From the NCBI GenBank assembly GCA_040768745.1, contig JAXGMI010000001.1, positions 320,001 to 384,000 of the forward strand: DNA of 64,000 nucleotides. Direction: 5' to 3'. Made by a program: the position numbers and the translations under genes. This DNA comes from Desulfomicrobium sp. (GTDB lineage Bacteria; Desulfobacterota; Desulfovibrionia; Desulfovibrionales; Desulfomicrobiaceae). Every line of letters begins with the position of its first letter. Positions within the stretch are counted from its first letter, which is position 1. Below the pieces are notes generated by a model. It was given only the letters and a program-made list of their open reading frames with translations. It did no database searches and was not told the origin of the DNA. Shown one piece after another: positions 60,299 to 64,000 of the stretch.

Positions 60299-61249
60299 AT
60301 GAATCGACCTATCCGGCTGGGAGTCAGCCGCTGCCTCCTCGGGGACAAGGTCCGTTATGACGGCGGGCACAAGCGCGACCCCTTTCTGATTGAGACTCTG
60401 GGCCAGTATGTGGAATACGTCCCGGTCTGCCCCGAGGTGGAATGCGGCCTGCCCATCCCGCGCGAGGCCATGCGCCTGGTGGGCAACCCCGACTCCCCCA
60501 GACTGGTGACCCAAAAAACCGGGATCGATCACACCGCGCGCATGCAAGGCTGGGCTCGGGGTCGTCTGGAAGAGCTGGAAACCGAAGGCTTGTGCGGATT
60601 CATCTTCAAGAGCAAGTCCCCTTCCAGCGGCATGGAACGGATCAAGGTCTATTCGGAATCTGGAAATCTGTCTGGGCAGTCCGTGGGCATTTTCGCTCGC
60701 ATGTTCATGCAGCGTTTTCCCCTCCTGCCCGTGGAAGAGGAAGGCCGACTGCACGATCCCCAGCTGCGCGAAAATTTCATCGACCGCATCTTTGTACTCC
60801 GCCGCTATCGGGACATGCTCAGATCCGGGCAGACCCTGGGCAATCTGGTCACTTTCCACACCCGCCACAAGCTGCAGCTCATGGCCCACAGTCCTGAGCT
60901 GTACCGGGCCATGGGTCAGCTGGTGGCCAAGGGCAAGGAATTGCCAAAGGAGCAGCTTTTCCGCAGCTATCACGAACATCTCATGCAGGCCACGCGCATG
61001 AAGGCCACCCCTCCCAAGCACCGCAACGTGCTGCAGCACATCATGGGCTATTTCAAGAACGACCTGCACCCCGACGAAAAGCAGGAACTCATGGATCTGA
61101 TCAGCCAATACGCCAGGGGAATCATCCCGCTTATCGTCCCCGTGACCTTGCTGAACCACTATGTGAACAAATACGACGAATTCTACCTGCAGGACCAGAC
61201 CTACCTGCACCCGCACCCCGTGGAACTGAAGCTCCGAAACCACGCCTAG
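60299..61249 (+). CDS. DUF523-DUF1722 fusion (YbgA / RudS-type thio-nucleobase desulfidase family)
   Basis: GVS.CLLG..VRYDGGH, VCPEVE.G...PRE, KSPSSG, EEEGRL.D..LRENF, FH..HK and NVLQH.MGYFK. Confidence 0.92.
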   Translation: MNRPIRLGVSRCLLGDKVRYDGGHKRDPFLIETLGQYVEYVPVCPEVECGLPIPREAMRLVGNPDSPRLVTQKTGIDHTARMQGWARGRLEELETEGLCGFIFKSKSPSSGMERIKVYSESGNLSGQSVGIFARMFMQRFPLLPVEEEGRLHDPQLRENFIDRIFVLRRYRDMLRSGQTLGNLVTFHTRHKLQLMAHSPELYRAMGQLVAKGKELPKEQLFRSYHEHLMQATRMKATPPKHRNVLQHIMGYFKNDLHPDEKQELMDLISQYARGIIPLIVPVTLLNHYVNKYDEFYLQDQTYLHPHPVELKLRNHA

Positions 61250-61275
61250 ATCTGGCCAGAACAGAGGAGACACGC

Positions 61276-62250
61276 ATGAACGACGCCTACGAGATCATCA
61301 GCCGCTTCGATCCGGATTTCCCCCGCAAGAGGGCCGGAAGCCTGCTGAAAGATACTTCGGAATTCATGAACATCCAGTACGGTGACGTGATCGAGTTGGA
61401 CGGCAACCATTTTCTGGTGCTCAGGGACGAGAAGGAACGCAGTTTCGGGGTGGAGGACCCCAAATACTGGGTCAAGCGCTGCCGCGAACTGAAAACCGGG
61501 GCCAGAAAAATCCTGAAGCTGGTTTTTTATGAGCAATTCCCCGTTTCACTGGGCTCCATGCAGATCGAATGCTTCCGCAGTCCGCGCAAGGAGGCCCGCA
61601 TTCTGGACCTGGTTCGGGGAGACAGCCGCTTCATGCAGGGCTATTCCTGCGACGACGCAGTCGGCAACAACGTCCGGGTTCTCGATGTGGTCAAAGGGGA
61701 TCTGCTGTCCCTGGAAATCGACCGTCTGGAGGCAGACCACAGGACCTACTACCACGAACTTCTCCCGGACATCCTGGACAAGTTCGTCGTGGCCTGCCGG
61801 GCCATCGAATTCCTGCACCGGCATGGCGAGAACCACGGCGACATCCGCCGGGACCACCTCTGGCTGGAGCAAGGCACAGGCAATTATGTCTGGATCGACT
61901 TCGACTACACCTACGAGTTCCAGGAAAGCCCCTTCGGTCTGGACATCTTCGGCCTGGGGAATCTCCTCCTGTACCTCTGCGGCAAGAAGTTCTGCACCAC
62001 CTTCAACATGTCCAAACCCGAATTCGACGGGCGCACGGACATCTCCCTGGAAGCGGCGGACTTTTCCATGCTGTTCAAACACCGTCTGTGCAACCTGCGC
62101 AAGGTCTATCCCTATGTCAGCCAGAATCTGAACAACGTGCTCATGCATTTTTCCTCGACCTCGGAGGTCTTCTACCCCACCGTGGGGGAAATGCTCGATG
62201 ACCTGCGGCCCTGTATCGATGAAATCCGCCTGGGGCGGATCAACGCCTAA
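61276..62250 (+). CDS. Atypical protein kinase-like protein
   Basis: KILKL (beta3 Lys), KEARIL (alphaC Glu), HGDIRRDH catalytic loop, WIDFD and DIFGLG (subdomain IX). Confidence 0.75.
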   Translation: MNDAYEIISRFDPDFPRKRAGSLLKDTSEFMNIQYGDVIELDGNHFLVLRDEKERSFGVEDPKYWVKRCRELKTGARKILKLVFYEQFPVSLGSMQIECFRSPRKEARILDLVRGDSRFMQGYSCDDAVGNNVRVLDVVKGDLLSLEIDRLEADHRTYYHELLPDILDKFVVACRAIEFLHRHGENHGDIRRDHLWLEQGTGNYVWIDFDYTYEFQESPFGLDIFGLGNLLLYLCGKKFCTTFNMSKPEFDGRTDISLEAADFSMLFKHRLCNLRKVYPYVSQNLNNVLMHFSSTSEVFYPTVGEMLDDLRPCIDEIRLGRINA

Positions 62251-62259
62251 GGAGACGCC

Positions 62260-62751
62260 ATGAATCCGAAAAAAATTCTCATCGCCGTGGATGCTTCCGA
62301 AAACTCAGCCCGGGCCGTGCAGTACGTGGCCGACCTGTTGCAGGCCACCACGGGCTTCCTGGTCACCGTGCTCTATATCGAGCGCCCGCCCAACCGGGAC
62401 ATGTTCGCCGACGAAGCCTCCTGGATCGAAGCCGGACAGGCCCAGGAACTGCGCATCCGCACCTTTCTGCAGCAGGCCAAGACCAGTCTGCTCGAACGTG
62501 GTCTGGGCCCTGAAACCGTGAATATCGACTATGTTCCCCACTGCCAGTCACCGGTCAACCAGCCTGCCCAGCAGTGCAGCATCGGCACATCCATTGCCCG
62601 GGACATTCTCCAGTACCAGCTCGCCGGCGGATACGGGACATTGGTTATCGGCCGGCGCGGCGTGTCCCGGGCCGAGGAGTTCCTGTTCGGCAGCGTGACG
62701 ACCAAGATCACCCATCTGGCCAAGGACTGCACCGTGTGGGTGGTGCAGTAG
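62260..62751 (+). CDS. Universal stress protein
   Basis: KILIAVDAS..S.RA and GRRG......FGSVT......CTVWVV. Confidence 0.92.
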   Translation: MNPKKILIAVDASENSARAVQYVADLLQATTGFLVTVLYIERPPNRDMFADEASWIEAGQAQELRIRTFLQQAKTSLLERGLGPETVNIDYVPHCQSPVNQPAQQCSIGTSIARDILQYQLAGGYGTLVIGRRGVSRAEEFLFGSVTTKITHLAKDCTVWVVQ

Positions 62752-62766
62752 ACACGGAGGAGATCC

Positions 62767-63108
62767 ATGCCCTGTCTTGAACTGGTGACCAACGTCCGCA
62801 TCCCGGACCAGGACCGGCTCATGCGCCGCCTTTCCCAAACAGTCTGCACCGGCCTGGGCAAGTCTGAAATCTACATGATGGTCATCCTGCGCGGCGAGAC
62901 GCCCATGTACTTCAGCGGCAACGTGGAACCCGCGGCCTTCCTGCACGTGAAAACCCTGGGTATCAGACCGGAGGCCATCAAGGGCCTGACCCCCGGCCTG
63001 GCGGATCTGGTGTACCAGGAACTGGGCGTCGACAGATCAAGGATCTACACCCTTTTCTCGGACGCTGACCCAACCAACTGGGCCCAGGGCGGACAGACCT
63101 TCGGCTGA
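62767..63108 (+). CDS. MIF-family tautomerase
   Basis: Pro after the initiator Met, TNV, GK...Y.MV, M.F.G..EP.A, G...RIY..F.D....W...G.TF. Confidence 0.88.
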   Translation: MPCLELVTNVRIPDQDRLMRRLSQTVCTGLGKSEIYMMVILRGETPMYFSGNVEPAAFLHVKTLGIRPEAIKGLTPGLADLVYQELGVDRSRIYTLFSDADPTNWAQGGQTFG

Positions 63109-63198
63109 CGCGGGACCTTGCGTCGGAGAGACCTTGCGTGTACAGGAGCCGGGCGCCGGGACCATTCGACTCCGGCTCCATCCAACGCGAGGTATTCC

Positions 63199-63642
63199 AT
63201 GTCAGACAAGAACTACGCCCAGAGCATCGCCGGTGACCTGTTCCGCATGATCCAATCTGCCCGGGAGCAGGGTGTGGGCGTGGACAACGGATTCCGCAAT
63301 CAGGCCATGTCCAGCCAGGGTATGAGCCTGACCTACCTGTTCCTGAACAAGAACGACCTGTTGCAGGTTCCGGCCCTCCCGCCCCAGGTCAAAATGCAGG
63401 TCCGCCGCTCCAACGCCCTGGCCGTCATCGAGGTGAAGGACGCCCGGGGCGTCAAGCAGACCGCAGGCATCCACCTGATCTGGTCCAGCCCCAAACCCTG
63501 CTCCGGCGTCGGGTCCGACGCTGAAATGCTCGATGGCATCCAGATCCAGGGCCTGGCGGCCTTCACCAGCCAGCTCAAATCCGTGCTCAAAAACGACATC
63601 CCCCGCACCGTGGACGGTCAGATCCCCGCCCAATCCGAGTAG
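63199..63642 (+). CDS. Hypothetical protein (147 aa)
   Basis: GAGGT RBS before ATG 63199; host-like codon usage; no family recognised. Confidence 0.7.
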   Translation: MSDKNYAQSIAGDLFRMIQSAREQGVGVDNGFRNQAMSSQGMSLTYLFLNKNDLLQVPALPPQVKMQVRRSNALAVIEVKDARGVKQTAGIHLIWSSPKPCSGVGSDAEMLDGIQIQGLAAFTSQLKSVLKNDIPRTVDGQIPAQSE

Positions 63643-63665
63643 TGGAGAATGGAACCGCACATGCC

Positions 63666-64000
63666 ATGCTGCTGAAACTCCTTTTCTCCACCGTGATCTG
63701 CGCCTTCATCGGCTGGATCACCAATTTCATCGCCATCAAGATGCTCTTCCACCCCAGGCAGCCCCTGCAGGTGGGCAGCCTCACGGTCCAGGGCATCTTC
63801 CCCAAGAGGCAAAAGGCCCTGGCCTTCAACCTGGCCGCTGTCATTGAGGGTGAACTGCTCTCCCACGACGATATCCGGCAGGCCATGCACCGGCCGGAAT
63901 TCGCCAGGCGGCTGAAGGACAGGATCCTGGATGGATTCACGGATTTCCTGTCCAAGCGTCTGGGGGGATTGAACCCCATGATCGCCATGTTCCTGGACAG
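63666..64000 (+). CDS. DUF445 family membrane protein, partial (runs off the window end)
   Basis: Not in the ORF track. Hand translation: MLLKLLFSTVICAFIGWITNFIAIKMLFHPRQP...QGIFPKRQ..LA. Confidence 0.88.
   Translation, partial: MLLKLLFSTVICAFIGWITNFIAIKMLFHPRQPLQVGSLTVQGIFPKRQKALAFNLAAVIEGELLSHDDIRQAMHRPEFARRLKDRILDGFTDFLSKRLGGLNPMIAMFLD

Overview
A gene-dense chromosomal segment from a sulfate-reducing deltaproteobacterium (Desulfobacterota; Desulfomicrobium/Desulfovibrio-like, inferred from gene content). I found no rRNA, tRNA, CRISPR array, integrase or transposase. From start to end: tolQ (partial), PHP protein, DUF151, miaB, cutA, nth, tgt and a nitroreductase. Next is a minus-strand respiratory cluster, tmcDCBA then hmcABCDEF, followed by USP, a DivK-like receiver, a hybrid kinase and rrf2. 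Then maf-pgpA-hrpB, selB, an M18 peptidase, rubredoxin, an S1 homologue, cyclophilin, a CDF transporter, a cupin, a LapG/BTLCP-like protein, TetR, PilZ, an M23 peptidase, a thioesterase, REC-GGEEF and PfpI. After these comes a two-kinase/three-receiver block divergent from a PEP-synthase-like phosphotransferase. The last part holds an esterase, a PxxKW protein, an M20 hydrolase, mnmG, ferredoxin plus an AOR-family enzyme, thpR, pepA, a YbjT-like protein, a PNPOx-like protein, DUF523-DUF1722, an atypical kinase, USP, a MIF-family tautomerase and DUF445 (partial). The most interesting items are the signalling block with no DNA-binding output next to a truncated dikinase, a 177-nt rod-like inverted-repeat element upstream of thpR, a 15-heme HmcA, a Cys-to-Ser LapG-like protein, the atypical kinase-USP-MIF operon and a CxC rubredoxin. 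All family assignments come from recognising motifs by eye; no database searches were run.
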